A DNA stretch of 48,730 nucleotides, the filler included, from Catajapyx aquilonaris (lineage: Eukaryota), in NCBI GenBank assembly GCA_000934665.2. It is 2 parts of 2 records of this genome, joined end to end, with 100 filler letters (N's around TTAATTAATTAA, not from the genome) between each part and the next. Parts side by side here need not be neighbours in the genome. Positions count along the whole stretch, not along the records: positions 1 to 24,313 come from KZ539374.1; positions 24,414 to 48,730 come from KZ539375.1. One strand, written 5' to 3'. Below the pieces are notes generated by a model. The model was not told where the DNA came from. It did not search any database and saw only the letters and a program-made list of their open reading frames with translations. How positions within the stretch are numbered: position 1 is the first letter of the stretch; the number at the start of each line of letters is the position of its first letter. Shown piece after piece: positions 11,969 to 25,084 of this stretch. Made by a program: the position numbers and the translations under genes.

Positions 11969-13700
11969 GGTGACTGGTTTAACATTAGTGTTGGGGTTAA
12001 GCAGGGTTGTGTCATGTCTCCCTGGTTATTTAACTTGTACTTAGATGCATGTGACGGGGGAGGCGGAGTGGTGCTGCGGTAACGTATGCGCCCACGGATG
12101 TTAAGGTCCCGGGTTCGATCCCAACCCGGGGACACCCTCTTCATCTCGTGCAGAGTTCAGGGTCACCTCTGGCTTCGTCTCGGGTGGTATTTCCTCAGAC
12201 TAAACCACCCGGGGGAGTTCACTAAAAATGGCCACATAAAGACATTGCACTGCACCTTGCACATCCCCTCCTGTCATCCTGCCCGTGGGCCCGGGCGCTT
12301 CAATAATTAGGTTCCAAATATGTACATCGTACAAATAAAGGTCCGTGCTACATGCCGAGAAGGCCAAGCACTACCCGGATATTATTATTATTATTATTAT
12401 ATATACTTAGATGCATGTGTAAGGGAAGCTATGGTTGAAGGTGTAGGAGTGCAGTTTGGTGAGGAGTTAGTTAGTCACTTGCTGTATGCAGATGATTCTG
12501 CCCTTCTGGCGGAGAGAGAGGCTGATTTACAGTTGATCCTATGCAAGTTAGATAATGTTTGTGAAAAGAGGGGTATGAGGATTAATGTAGATAAGACTAA
12601 GGTATTGGTATTTGAGAGAGGACAGCAGGTTTATCCTTTTATGTTGCAGGTACAAGGAAAGCTGGTTGAGCAGGTCAACCAGTTTGTATACCTGGGTAGT
12701 GTCCTTGAGAGTAATGGTAGAATGGATGGGGAGATAGACAGGAGAGTTAGTTCTGGGTTGAAAGTGATAGGTGCCACAAGTACTTTTCTAGAAATAAGGA
12801 CTTATCTTCTGCCTGTAGGTTGTCTGTCTCTTCTCATGTTATTGTTCCTTCACTTATGTATGGTAGTGAAGCGTGGGTTTGGTCAGATAGGCATAAGAGT
12901 AGGGTGTTGGTTACAGAGATGCGTTATCTCCGTGCTGTTTGTGGGGTTACCAAGTTGGATAGGATTAGGAATGAGGAGATTTTGCAGAGGTGTGATGTTA
13001 AGGAGACTGTTAAAGATAAGGTGTATAGGTCTACTCTAAGGTGGTTTGGCCATGTGGAGAGGATGAAGGAGGAGGAGATTGTGAAGAAGGTTTATTTGGG
13101 TAGAGTACTTGGTAAGAGGGGCAAGTGTAGGCCTAGGAAGACAAAGACATGGTTGGACCAGGTGGGTCAGTGTCTTAAGGGTGTTGCTAGTGTTAATCCC
13201 AGACGTTCATGTGTCAATAGGACCATGGACGTGGATGAGGCTAAGGTTGTTTGTTTGGATAGGTGTAAATGGCCTAGGTTAATTAATGGGTAGAATATTC
13301 ACGGGTTTGTGAGGAATGGCAGTGTCCATTGAATTCTTCTGAATGGCTAGAATGTTTGCAGGTTGGTGGGAGGAGTCGGCGTCTGGAGGTTCATACTCTG
13401 ACTCTGGGTGCTGTGCAGAACTACAAGTTTGGCAAATATCTTTTGCACAGTAATGCATAGGTTGACACCGGGAGTCATGCTTGCAAGGGTATTTGCCTCT
13501 CTCTCTGTCCTGCACAGCACTTGGAGTTCGGGTGTGGATTTCCGTATGCTGGTTCTTCTTGCTGGCCTGTGGGTGTTCTGGTCGTTTGGAGGAGAATATT
13601 CTAGTCACTTGGAGGAATTTAACAGTTGCTGATTCCTCCTCCAGGGGGGGAGTGGGGGATACTTGATTTCTCAAGTAGGCCTACTGCGCTGCATAGTGTA
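11969..13700 (+). mobile_element. 5'-truncated RTE-like LINE (reverse-transcriptase pseudogene plus probable 3' UTR)
   Basis: GVKQGCVMSPWLFNLYLD, LLYADD, INVDKTKV, FVYLGS, LMYGSEAW and LRWFGHVERM motifs. Frameshifted and interrupted by a SINE. 3' boundary approximate. Confidence 0.9.
12054..12403 (+). mobile_element. tRNA-derived SINE, family B, inserted in the LINE
   Basis: 16-bp TSD TACTTAGATGCATGTG (12038-12053 and 12404-12419), B-box GGTTCGATCCC, (TAT)n tail. Confidence 0.92.
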
Positions 13701-13996
13701 ATAATAATAATAATTAATAATAATTCATACCCCGTTATGAGCCATCAGCTCTTTAGGGGGGAAGTTTGTTTTGGCTAGAACTCTTTGCTTTCATTTTACT
13801 GCACTCTTTGGAATAGGATAGGGACGGAAGGAAGCGGCTGTAGCCTATTAATTACGGAAGCAACTCCGGAATTTCCCTGGAAGGACCATGGGAAACCACA
13901 GAAAACCACGGTCAGAGTTGCCGGCCCCGGGATTCGAACCCAGGACCTCCTGATTAGCAGTCGGACGCCTTATCCACTATGCCAACCTGCTTTGGT
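13700..13996 (-). mobile_element. tRNA-derived SINE, family C (tRNA-Ser(GCT)-like head)
   Basis: Minus strand reads TGGCATAGTGGATAAGGCGTCCGACTGCTAATCAGGAGGTCCTGGGTTCGAATCCC; (TTA)n tail. Confidence 0.8.
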
Positions 13997-14163
13997 GCAT
14001 AGCGTAATATTTAGATTTAATATTGAGAGTTTGTCGTTTGAGATGGGCAGGGGTTGGGGGCGGGATGTTTATAGGTTTATTTTTACAAGTTTTAATTTAG
14101 TTATTATTTTGGGTTAGCTTGTGGCTCCCGTCATCGCTGACTACCCCTTATAGGGAAATGTCG

Positions 14164-14214
<51 letters not shown>

Positions 14215-15175
14215 GATAAGCATTGGAATTGAAGGTAACAAAAATTTTAAATGAAAAAAGCATTTTGTTTTGTTTTAAGTCTATTTAAGGCTAGAATTAT
14301 AGCCTACAACAATGGATATGACATTTTTATATTGTAAATTTGAATTAAGCTGCCACAGGTAATAATTTTCACTTGTATGTGGTCATGAAACTGTGGTTAA
14401 TATTGGTTTAGAAGAAATGATGCACATTGAAAAGGGCCTTTCATTGAAAAACAACAGGTGTCCCTGTTCACTCCACCTTCAGAGTGAATAGAAACAAAAT
14501 GAGCCCATTTATTTCAATGATAAGAATTACTTCCATTTTTTATGGGGTTCATAATTTTGTGTCAACTATGGAATCATCTCCAGCGATGCTGAAAAGTCTT
14601 AAACTGACCCAAAGTTGTGTAAATTCCTCAACCCATTAGTTTTCTAAAATATTGCCTCATACTTCTGGAAAGAAGTTGGCTTTCATTTTGAAATTCACAA
14701 GTTTGTGTCTGCAATATATAAGAATTGTCTTCAGAAACTGAAAAATATCTGGAAGCAACATCAGGATAGCAGTAATATCTAAAGAATCGTTTTTGAAAAT
14801 CAGCCCCCTATTTTGGAAAATTGGCTCGATTTTGAGAATCATGATAAATTTGGACTCATTCTCAGTGATGGGAAAATTGTGCCCAGACTAGAGTCCTAAA
14901 GGAATCTGGAAACAACACCAACATTAGAGAGAGAAAACACCACAATGTTAATTTTCGAAAAATTGTATTTTTCCCACTTTGAAAAATGGCCTCCAGGTTG
15001 GATCCTAAGGGACAGTTTTTGTGGCTCCACTTCTGAAATCAAAGGATCATAATAAATCTTCACGCCAATGGAAGTCTTTTGATCATCAATTGCAATGTGT
15101 GCCACTTTTGATGTCAAAGCCTACAACTAAAAGGATACTGGTAACTAATTTTTTAAATATTTTTCTGGTTTGTAG

Positions 15176-16639
15176 ATGGTTATCAAGACATTTGTGGACA
15201 AGAACCTGCAAGCCAAGCTTCGGGCTTTTACATATGACCAATTTAAGGACTTAGTGATTTATTGCAACGGAGGACAGCTAAGAGCTCATCGCATGTTACT
15301 GGCCACCAGTTCTGAACGGCTGCATAGTTATTTGCAAATAGTGGAAAACACGCTAGATTCCAGCATTATGCTCCCAGACTTCACTGTGGCATCAGTTGAG
15401 CTGCTTCTTCGATTCATTTATGTTGGAAAAATCGATGCAACTGCCGATGAGCTTCATGAATTGAGGCAACTCTGCCACCTACTGGCTGTTCCTTTTGGTG
15501 AAAGTGAATTTCATAAGGTATCCCCTCCTCAACCCAAGCCCAGCCATGACAATGCTGTAAGATCAAAACGCAGGAAGGAATCAGGCGCAGCACCACTTGC
15601 AGATTATTCTGAATGCCATGGAGCACCAAGCCGCAAGACAAGAAATAGAGGTGACATTAAATTGAAGCAGTCAAGAAAGGAACTGTACTCAGATTCTTCA
15701 GAAGGAGAGGGGGTTGGATCTGAGCTCTTGACAGCACCAGAAGTCAGAGTGCAGGAGCAAGTGTCAACACACAAGGACAACAGTGAAATTGAGAGCTGTG
15801 AATCTTCCCAAAGTAGCATTGATGGCAATGAAATGTGTAAGGCTTCTCATGGTGGGCTCAATGAGGACAATGTGATTATCACCGATGATGATGCATTAAG
15901 ATCTGAGACCGAAGTACAGGAACAAGTCACTGGCATCAATAATGACAACAGAGGGGAAGCTAACCTACACAGCAGCCTAGGAAAGGGAAAGAAGAGGAAG
16001 AAGGGATGCATGCTTCCAGGACAGGACCTCGACAAGGACAACTGCTGTACCAGTGAACCGGAATCTCCTCAAATGCCGATTCAGCCAAAGAGGATGCAGA
16101 ATCGGAGAAGACTTCCAATATCAGATTCTTCAGAGGAAGAGGGAGGGGGCCGGGAACAAGTCACTGGCATCAATAATGACAACAGAGGGGAAGCTGACCT
16201 ACGCAGAAGCCTAGGAAAGAGAAAGAAGAGGAAGAAGGGATGCATGCTTCCAGGACAGGACCTCGACAAGGACAACTGCTGTACCAGTGAACCGGAATCT
16301 CCTCAAATGCCGATTCAGCCAAAGAGGATGCAGAATCGGAGAAGACTTCCAATATCAGATTCTTCAGAGGAAGAAGGAGGGGGCCGGGAACAAGTCACTG
16401 CCATCAATAATGACAACAGAGGGGAAGCTAACCGGCGCAGAAGCCTAGGAAAGGGAAAGAAGAGGAAGAAGGGATGCATGCTTCCAGGACAGGACCTCGA
16501 CAAGGACAACTGCTGTACCAGTGAACCGGAATCTCCTCAAATGCCGATTCAGCCAAAGAGGAAGCAGAATCGGAGAAGGCTCCCAATATCAGATTCTTCA
16601 GAGGAAGAGGTAGGGGGCCAGTCGGCATCACAGATTTGA
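15176..16639 (+). CDS. BTB/POZ-domain protein with three 78-aa C-terminal repeats, 487 aa
   Basis: FKDLVIYCNGGQLRAHRMLLATSS...IMLPDFTVASVELLLRFIYVGKI is a typical insect BTB domain. Uninterrupted ORF; splice acceptor directly before the ATG. Confidence 0.85.
   Translation: MVIKTFVDKNLQAKLRAFTYDQFKDLVIYCNGGQLRAHRMLLATSSERLHSYLQIVENTLDSSIMLPDFTVASVELLLRFIYVGKIDATADELHELRQLCHLLAVPFGESEFHKVSPPQPKPSHDNAVRSKRRKESGAAPLADYSECHGAPSRKTRNRGDIKLKQSRKELYSDSSEGEGVGSELLTAPEVRVQEQVSTHKDNSEIESCESSQSSIDGNEMCKASHGGLNEDNVIITDDDALRSETEVQEQVTGINNDNRGEANLHSSLGKGKKRKKGCMLPGQDLDKDNCCTSEPESPQMPIQPKRMQNRRRLPISDSSEEEGGGREQVTGINNDNRGEADLRRSLGKRKKRKKGCMLPGQDLDKDNCCTSEPESPQMPIQPKRMQNRRRLPISDSSEEEGGGREQVTAINNDNRGEANRRRSLGKGKKRKKGCMLPGQDLDKDNCCTSEPESPQMPIQPKRKQNRRRLPISDSSEEEVGGQSASQI
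15919..16620 (+). repeat. Three 234-bp coding tandem repeats
   Basis: Units start at 15919, 16153 and 16387 (GGAACAAGTCACTG...) and are near-identical. Confidence 0.95.
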
Positions 16640-16682
16640 GCAGTGATCACCTTCCGAGTGCAGATGTTGGACAACAACGCCA

Positions 16683-17775
16683 CATATGTCGTAGCCCCAT
16701 AGCGCAATTGGGCACTTCATGAAATGTCTATTGAAATTGGACACATGCTGTAGTGCAATCTCCTGTGAAGAATTACAGCATGTGCCCAGAAATATTGGAC
16801 TGTTTGCGAAGTGTCATGAACGGGTTGGACTGATTCCGTAATTCAGAATCTACCCAGTGTACATGAGCAGCTGAGCAAAACCAGAAGGTGTGGAGGGCAT
16901 CGGGAGATGCAGAGTGCAGGCCATATCTGCCCATGACCTGGAGGGAATGTGAGGAGGGAATGTCTAGAAGTCCAGGAGTTGGTCCTGATTCTTGAGCCAA
17001 AGGGTAGTCCAGGAGACTGTACGGAAAGGTTGTCATCCGTACTGTGATTGCATCAGGAGTCTGCATATGACTGAGGTGACCAAATTGGTCATGAGAATGC
17101 TGAAGAGAGAAGATTTGCAGCAGTGCACTTTGGTTACTTCCTCGGACATGTCATTGCCCCACCAAATGACACTTATGATCAACCAATCAGACAAGTACTT
17201 GCTTTCACTCGAGTCAGTGGCAGATCTAGACGTCGTTGTTGGGGGCGGGGGGGGGGGGNNNNNNNNNNNNNNNNNNNNNNNNNNNNNNNNNNNNNNNNNN
17301 NNNNNNNNNNNNNNNGACATGGCCATTTTTCTGTTTCTTGCTTCAGCTTGGGGGTGATCACCCCGATCACCCCCCCCCCCCCCATAGATCCGCCACTGAC
17401 TCGAGTACGGATGACAACCTTTCTGTACAGTCACCTGGACTACCCTTTGGCTCAAGAGTCCAGACCAATTATTATTCAACTCCTGGACTTCCAGACATTC
17501 CCTCCTCACATTTCGTCCAGGTCATGTGGGCAGGTATGGCCTGCACTCTGCATCTCCCGATGTCCTCCACCCCTTCTGGTTTTGCTCAGCTGCTCATGTA
17601 TGCTGGATAGATTCTGATTTACGGAATCAGTCAAACCGGTTGCTGACAAATCACGAACAGTCCAATATTTCTGGGCACATGCTGTAATTCTTCACAGGAG
17701 ATTGCACTACAGCATGTGTCCAATTTCAGTAGACATTTCATGAAGTGCCCAATTTCTCTATGTGGCGACGACATA
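16683..17775. repeat. Long inverted repeat, arms about 360 bp (16683-17043 and about 17404-17775)
   Basis: For example GGACACATGCTGTAGTGCAATCTCCTGTGAAGAATTACAGCATGTGCCCAGAAATATTGGACTGTT is mirrored at about 17657-17721. Confidence 0.92.
17215..17398. mobile_element. hAT-type MITE (contains an assembly gap)
   Basis: TIR CAGTGGCAGATCTA/TAGATCCGCCACTG; 8-bp TSD ACTCGAGT at 17207-17214 and 17399-17406. Confidence 0.88.
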
Positions 17776-20700
17776 TATATTGCACTCATGTTTTATACCT
17801 GTTATCCCAGGGGTTGGGATAAAATGGGTAACTCGGGGGATAAAATTCACATTTTACCCCAGTTTGCTTACAAATCTCAAGTAAAAAAAATGAAAAGGGT
17901 AATTTCATACCTGTATACCTTATTACCTCATTTAAAGCGGCATACTGGTGTAGTCGAGGTCGACCAGTTTTTAGAAATGCACGATCTGGTGGCTATACCA
18001 GCATGCCGGTCTAAGTGAGGTGTGCCAGTATAAGGCGAGGCTTTCTTTAGCACAGCATTATCACGATCTCTGAAAATTATTATTACTCAAATTCATGCAT
18101 TACACCATGTTCTATGGTGCGGATACAGTCCAGAACACTTATAATGCCTGACACCTCCCATAAGATCGTTTGTTAAATTCTTTCACGGCAACATTTTCAA
18201 TATAATGCAAGGCTGCAAAAAGGGAAGCATACCTACCAAACCAGGATATTTCATAAGTTGTGTTTGGATTTTATTATTTGAGTAACAAGGCTTCTCAGAC
18301 AAATTGATACCACTACGTAAAGTGATCCTGTTGATTGCCAATGAGATCTGTGACCAGCGAACTATTGAGCAAAATGAAGGACTGAAGGAATGTGCCTTGA
18401 TCTTTTGTAATAAATGTTTAGGGAGGTTCTCAGAGAAAGCTGAATATGGAAACACTCTATACCCTGTGCAACAGATGAACTTGCATATTCTCCCAGCCCT
18501 GTACTTGCACATTTTTCACTGTAACATTATTTTAGTACAGTACCAGTGATGTATTCCCAAAAATTTGACAAGGACCAAAATAATCGAAAGCTACCTTGGT
18601 TATTGCAGCATGCCGGCCACCTCTGGGTTATACCGGCATGCTGTAATAATATCCCTTCAAGAATCTTTGACCTACCTTATTGAAAAAATATACTAATCTA
18701 ATAAGTGTATGTAAATAAAATTGGAGAGTTTTTTTTGTGTATTCACAAAGCATGTAACTGGATAAATATATTATTTTAGGACCCTTTTTTGGTCTCTGTA
18801 CTGTCAGTAACAAAGGAAGTACTCTCTGTATAAAAAACTACCAATTTTACCCCCACCTGACCCTACTCATTAGTTTAATTTAAATAGATTATTGAATGAT
18901 TTAATTAGGCTAGGGTGATTTTGCAGTAACAAAGTAATTTTTTAAACCAAGATGGTTTTTTTAAACCACTTGATTTAAACGATGGTTTAAACCAGCCAAC
19001 CCTGATGCAGTCCATAATATGTTAAACATGGCTTGATTTATTAAGAAGTTATTTCAGTTGTCTGATTATAATGCTGTTGACCTCTCTGTCTAAGGCTTGG
19101 CTGTATCAGAGCAAATTAAAGGGAAAAATTCTGATTATGCACTGACCTATGCAGACTTGTATAATCAGAGATTTTTCCTGCAATTTCAACTAGGACCAAA
19201 AAGTGCATGAGAAATCATATGCAGTTATTGGACATAGCAGTAGCGGATCTAGGGATTTCAAAAACAAAAGGCGGCGGGGGGAAGCAGTAAACTGGGTTGA
19301 CAGACTGATTGTTAAAATTTGGTAAATTGAGAATTAATTAAAATGCAGGTCTCCAGAACCTGATTTTATGGCCCTGCTTGTAAGACAATCTCATGTCAAT
19401 GCCTCCATTGGTGCTTGTAATAATTGTGAGCTTATATTACAGTACATGTTTGCAGTTTGTTATGATTAAATTTCAATTTGAGAAGCACACACCCACTAAC
19501 CGCATTACCCTGCAAGCACTGCAGTGTTTGACATTTGTCAATTTAATTGGATTTGAAGGGTTTGATGCAAAAACCAGATAAGTTCACTTTTGCTACTTTC
19601 GAAAAAACAAAGAAAAACGGAATTACCAGCTATATATTTTTTAATGTTTCTAATGATAATGTTTTGTTTGACAGGAGGAAGCCAAAGTCTGTAGTGAACT
19701 GTAGTGCAAAGCACACTTCCTTATGGGTGTATGGGTACAGGAACTTAAAGAAAAGTTACAGCCCATTATTTTTTCAGAATTAGGTCCCTAGAGACTATAT
19801 TTTCTCAGTGGAAAAAGTGGACATATCCAGTTTTTACACCATGCCCTTCATTTGTTTCACTTTTGTGTTATTGTTCAATTGTGTAAGTAAATGTGTTAAG
19901 GTGAGCAAGTTACCCAAAGGGTACCCAAGAGTGACAAGAATGGATGCCTTATTGTTTATAGAAGCTGTGACCAAGTGACCTGATCAGTGATCAATCCTTC
20001 ATCAGTCACAGAAGAAGTCTAAGGAGGTGAAAATGACAGGCAAAGTTGAGGAATGGATGAGGACAGCAGATTTTCTGATGAACCAGAATCTGGGGAAAAT
20101 GAGAAGTATGAGATGAAGAGACAAGAAGAGGGCAGGACTGTGCATTTCCTTCTGTTAAAACTGTATTATTGTAGACCAATGAAGTGTTGGTGCATTTGAA
20201 AAAGGCCCCCTCTATTAATCCATTTGTTCCTATATAGTACAGGCAGGAAATATTATTTCTCGCAGTTATGATTGTAAATCACAGATTAAGGGAGCTGCAC
20301 CTCTTCATGAAAGTCTACTCTAGTGGGAGAATGCAGATACATCACATTTCCGTGATTGAATCAGCCACAAATACAAGTTGAATGTTGGGAAATTGCCTAT
20401 TTCAGAATTGGCGTGATCGGACGCGATCTAGTAACTATTTCTTTGAATTATAGATACTTCTAGAGCTTTGAAAAATAAATACAGTGTATGGCTGTTGCAA
20501 AGGAAGGTTGTGGCTTGTGGAAAGCCACTATATAATATCTACATTGTTGGCCCTTATGAGTGGCGAATGGCAGCAACGGAAACAATGGTGTCCCACAATC
20601 CACAAATACTTTTGATAGCCATTAAAGTAACTGCTTAAATCACGTAGATTAGTGTCAACAACAGCCACAGCAATCGGAGAAGTATTTTAGATCACCCTGT

Positions 20701-21478
20701 ATAGCCATAGTGTTACATAGGGAAACTTGGGACCCATACTTTCCAATCTGAAAAAAAGAGAAAGGCCTCCGAGAAATTTATGCGACTCGTTACGATGGGC
20801 TGAAATACCTGAAGGATTGGGATATAATACGATTCCATCATTGCTACCAGCACTATGAGAATTCCCTTGTGAGAATTGCCACATTGCATTGCATGTAAAG
20901 TGAAGCAATGAGTGGAGAAAAAAATTATACGGATTGTCATAGCGTTCTACAGTATATCTAGGACACCTTGCAACTTCTGGTATAATTAAAATATTATGCT
21001 GAACTATTTTTTTCTATCTTAGTTTCCGCCTTCTAATGCATGCCTTAAAATATTATTAAAATATCATCAGTAGATCAACCTCAGAAACAAATGGGTTAAT
21101 AATATCTGTCAGTACCAATCGCCACAATGTGTTCAGTAGGTTTTAATTAGCCGCACAAAGTGAAGAAACAATGATTCAAGAAATGTTAAATAAATCGGTG
21201 CGCAATATCGTAGTTGTACTTGCCATTTGGTGATAAAAATCACCCTTGCTTGTTGGCTGAAGTCATGGAAAAATATCTTCCAAAACGTTTCTTACGACCA
21301 TTTGGCGTACGGTCGCTTTGGGGGATGATAGAGGGGTTCCAGGCGATCATTTTAAGTAATCGCATCATGGGTCTCCTCCGCATAGTTACCGAGATCATTA
21401 ATATTAAATAAAAAGTGCATTATACCAGCTTATACAGTAGGTTTCGGATACTCCTTACGACACTTCCATCGCCTAGGC

Positions 21479-21697
21479 CAGTGGTTTCCAACCTTTACCA
21501 ACTGCGACCCCCTAAACATGTTTCCATAAATGTGCGACCCCCTCCCCCCAGCCCCTTCTACAACTGCACCATTTCCAGAAAACATACAATATGTACGGTC
21601 GCAAAAATGGTTCAATTTACACAGAAATTGCAGCAAAAATAAAAAGTTTAACAAAGGCTCGCGACCCTGCCCGCGACCCCCAGGTTGGAAACTACTG
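21479..21697. mobile_element. hAT-type MITE
   Basis: TIR CAGTGGTTTCCAAC; 8-bp TSD GCCTAGGC; homologue at 27125-27359 in the opposite orientation. Confidence 0.92.
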
Positions 21698-23914
21698 GCC
21701 TAGGCCATTCCCTGCTACACTACACCTAATATAGTATCGCAAATTAAAATTGAATTACATGGTAAGTTAATACCTTAAAATGAAGAAGGTAAGGTAAGAA
21801 TTTGTCCGCGTGTATTTTCAAGGACCCAATCAGTACGCAAGACCTATACAGTATAATAGTACTGTACGTAGCCTAGTTTCACAAAGTCTCCCTTCAAATC
21901 TGACTCTGATGTTGTTGAATCTTCTTCGATCTGTTGACGCCCATTTTATTTGCTTTTGGATCGAATCTGCTAATAATTTCACTTCAATATTGCTCCTTTC
22001 TTGCCTCATTTCAGTTCACGCCACCACTAAATTTCCGATGATGGCACATAATTTGACTAATTTAATGAACCAGCTACTTGTATATGATTCAGAATTTTAC
22101 TGTATAATGGCGTACTGTACACATACGTGCAGTGTCATTCGCACGAAAAAAAATTAGGACACAGTGTTGCTACAGTATCTCTGCTTATTGTGTAGTCAAT
22201 ATTTATGTCACAGGGATGAAATGTCGGTTGCAGTGTCCTTGTCCACATGTCTAGAAAACCTTTGACATATCATCATCATCATCATTCGGAACGAAATGAT
22301 GAAGACATCCAGACTCATAGTCCACCTGTGAGGCCCCCACAAAGTCAAGATCCACCATGACTACTGCAGATTGAATTTGGGTGTCCCCACAGCATCTTGA
22401 AGGCTGTCTCTCTGTCTCTGGGTGTTGTGTGCTGCGTGCGTGCGTTTTGGGGAGGGGCTGGCTGGCTGTCAGGGAGAGGGAGGGAATGGGCGAGAGTGGG
22501 GAGGGAGGGAGGGACAGCCAGAGTCCTGGCTTTGTCATGTGGCGTCCGTTCGTCCGTCCCGCGAGACGCCGTGGTTAACTCGCTCACCCGCAGTGTAAAC
22601 GAAGCGCCAGCTCGTCAAAAGACCAAATAATGACATTAGCCGCGCACTCGGGGAGCCTAATCAAGTTTAGTCTAATTATTGTGGATAACGCGCTGCAATA
22701 TTCAACTCTAAAGCTGGCAGCAATTGAATCCCCCCGCCGGATAATCCGGTTAGCTCCCGTCAAGGGACGAACATGGCTGAGTTAAAGATTCGGAAAGAGG
22801 CTTTTACCTGCTTCTAGTATTTCTCAAATTTGATTTGGTGATTGTGTGAAAGGAATTTGGGTGATATTATATTGGAAAAAGAGCGCATTATCATCGGGCG
22901 TGTTAGCTCTTCCATTTGGGAAAAGAAAAAGCCGGGTAGGGAGGAGGATGGGAGGGGGAAGGCGGGGGATGGGAGGGCTAGAGGAGGGGGGTAGTTCGAT
23001 CCGATGTTTCTGCTCGTTTTCTTCTCCCTTTGATTGCAATTTTGCCTTCCAGGAACGTGGAGGCTCTTATTAGATTGCGCGGGCAACAGGGGTCGCCATG
23101 GCAACGAAGGAATTCCGCCTCACACTTTGCTAGCCGAAAATGGTAGGAAATCGAAGAGATTATCTGCGCTCGACTAGCTGGGAAAGGGGCAGAAAACTTG
23201 TCTAATGAGTGCAAATGATGAGTTGATTTTATCATCAGTTTTCATCAAAGAGGAAAGAGGGATAGAATTGCACAGCACTGCTCCTGAAGATACAAAAAAA
23301 AAAAAATGTTGAGTTGATTCCGGGATAAAATTATGATTTATAATTTCTTGATGTTTGATAAATGTTGTGAGATGACACCAGTACCTGTTACACATTATTT
23401 TTGAAAATGTTATTTACTTTGGTGGTGTGAAGATGTTAGGGCCACATTTTTAAATATGAGGAGGAGATTGGGTTATCTAAATGTATACTAGTCTTGCATA
23501 GTTACCAAGAACAGCTTTTGTGGGGTATCAATATTATTTGACATTGTTCCTTGTGCCAGCTGCAGGTGTCATTTTTTATATTAGCACACCATGTTAATGT
23601 GAGATATAGAGTATAAATAGTTGTGTTATTGGTGAAATGTATTTAGGGGCTATTTGAAGAATATTATCAAGAACTGCATACCAGAGCAGGGATGTAGGCT
23701 TTTATTCGTGAATGGCAAAAGAGCTACACTATTTTTTAAAGGTACGGTACCGAAGTTGAGTTAAAGTTTACCCCTTTTTTGGTTGATGGGGCTCCCACTC
23801 AACAAGGGTCAAAGGAGCCCAAAGAATTTCATAGATCAAATCTTCTCAAGTCATATTGCTGTGACCCACTCTCACCGATATGAAACACTGGCCGCCAAAC
23901 CTAATACACATTAT

Positions 23915-23963
23915 ATTAATAATAATCATCATCATCATCATTATTATGATTATGATTATTATG

Positions 23964-24030
<67 letters not shown>
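23915..24030. repeat. Compound (CAT)/(TAT) microsatellite, probably the tail of a minus-strand retroelement ending near 24030
   Basis: Long trinucleotide run seen directly. Confidence 0.85.
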
Positions 24031-24031
<1 letters not shown>

Positions 24032-24313
24032 ATTGGGTTTAGAGCGCCGCCCAACGAGCCGAGGGGCATCTGGCACGGTACCTTTATTTGCTTAATTATT
24101 GTACAGGCTGTAGTGTGTTGTATGAGTACAAGGTTGGAAATAAAGGGGGACTCCAGACAAGATGGCTGACCGAGTTGGACGTGTTTCACTAGGGGGGCTA
24201 AGTAAAAGACTCGAATAAAACATGGTGGCAGCGGTGGGATCCTGGATACTGACTGGCCAGCATCAGGAGACACCCCAGAACGAGTAACGAGTCGAAGTGA
24301 GCTGCAAAGAGGG

Positions 24314-24413
24314 NNNNNNNNNNNNNNNNNNNNNNNNNNNNNNNNNNNNNNNNNNNNTTAATTAATTAANNNNNNNNNNNNNNNNNNNNNNNNNNNNNNN
24401 NNNNNNNNNNNNN
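24314..24413. other. Assembly gap with an artificial TTAATTAATTAA spacer
   Basis: 44 N, TTAATTAATTAA, 44 N (100 nt total); the spacer has stops in all six frames. Confidence 0.85.
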
Positions 24414-24907
24414 TGATATGTGTATTTATGTAAGACACACAAGCCATATATGCATTTATTCATCAGAAACATGTGAAATAAACAAGCCATAAACATAAAT
24501 CAACTCTCTCGTCTCTTAACATCATCATCAGCAACTTAATAATGGCAGAGTACCACAAACGAGTGCACGAGAGCTCAAGCATGTACTTAGTACTCCACGG
24601 TGCTTCCACTCACCTGACACCACCCGCTCCATATTCATCCTCTGGCTTCTTGTCCGGCAGTGCTGCAGCTGAGATGTCCCCTGGAATCCTGGGTGCTCTG
24701 GGTGTAGCGAGAGGACCTGCACCTGTGCGGTGCCGACTGGCCCCCACCTCTTCCCAGCTGCCTTGTGTTCTAGATCACTCTGCACTCTGACCTGCAATGG
24801 GAACAGAGCACACTCAATAATGCAGCAGGTCTGTCTTGGCGCAACCAGGACAATGCCTGTGGGAGATGATGACCAACTGCCATATGATCTGCTCTACTAC
24901 GTCGCTT

Positions 24908-25084
24908 GATATGGCTTTGGTCGCACCTTTGGCCTCTGCCTTCTCAGCTTCAGCCTGTGTTTTCTTTCAGTTTCAGACTGTTTTCTTATCAGCTTCAGAC
25001 TGTTTTAAAACAGTCTGAAGCTGATAAGAAAACACAGGCTGAAGCTGAGAAGGCAGAGGCCAACAGTGCGACCAAAGCCATATC
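24908..25084. repeat. Foldback palindrome centred on TTTTAAAA (25006/25007)
   Basis: GATATGGCTTTGGTCGCAC...GTGCGACCAAAGCCATATC. Confidence 0.9.

Noticed and set aside
15919..16620. Regular repeats as a possible CRISPR-like array
   Set aside because: Contiguous in-frame 234-bp coding repeats without unique spacers, in eukaryotic DNA.
17800..21400. Short ORFs resembling decayed transposase or exons
   Set aside because: No motif I can name with confidence; would need tBLASTx or HMM searches.
24358..24369. TTAATTAATTAA palindrome
   Set aside because: Centred in a symmetric N gap; an artificial scaffold spacer.
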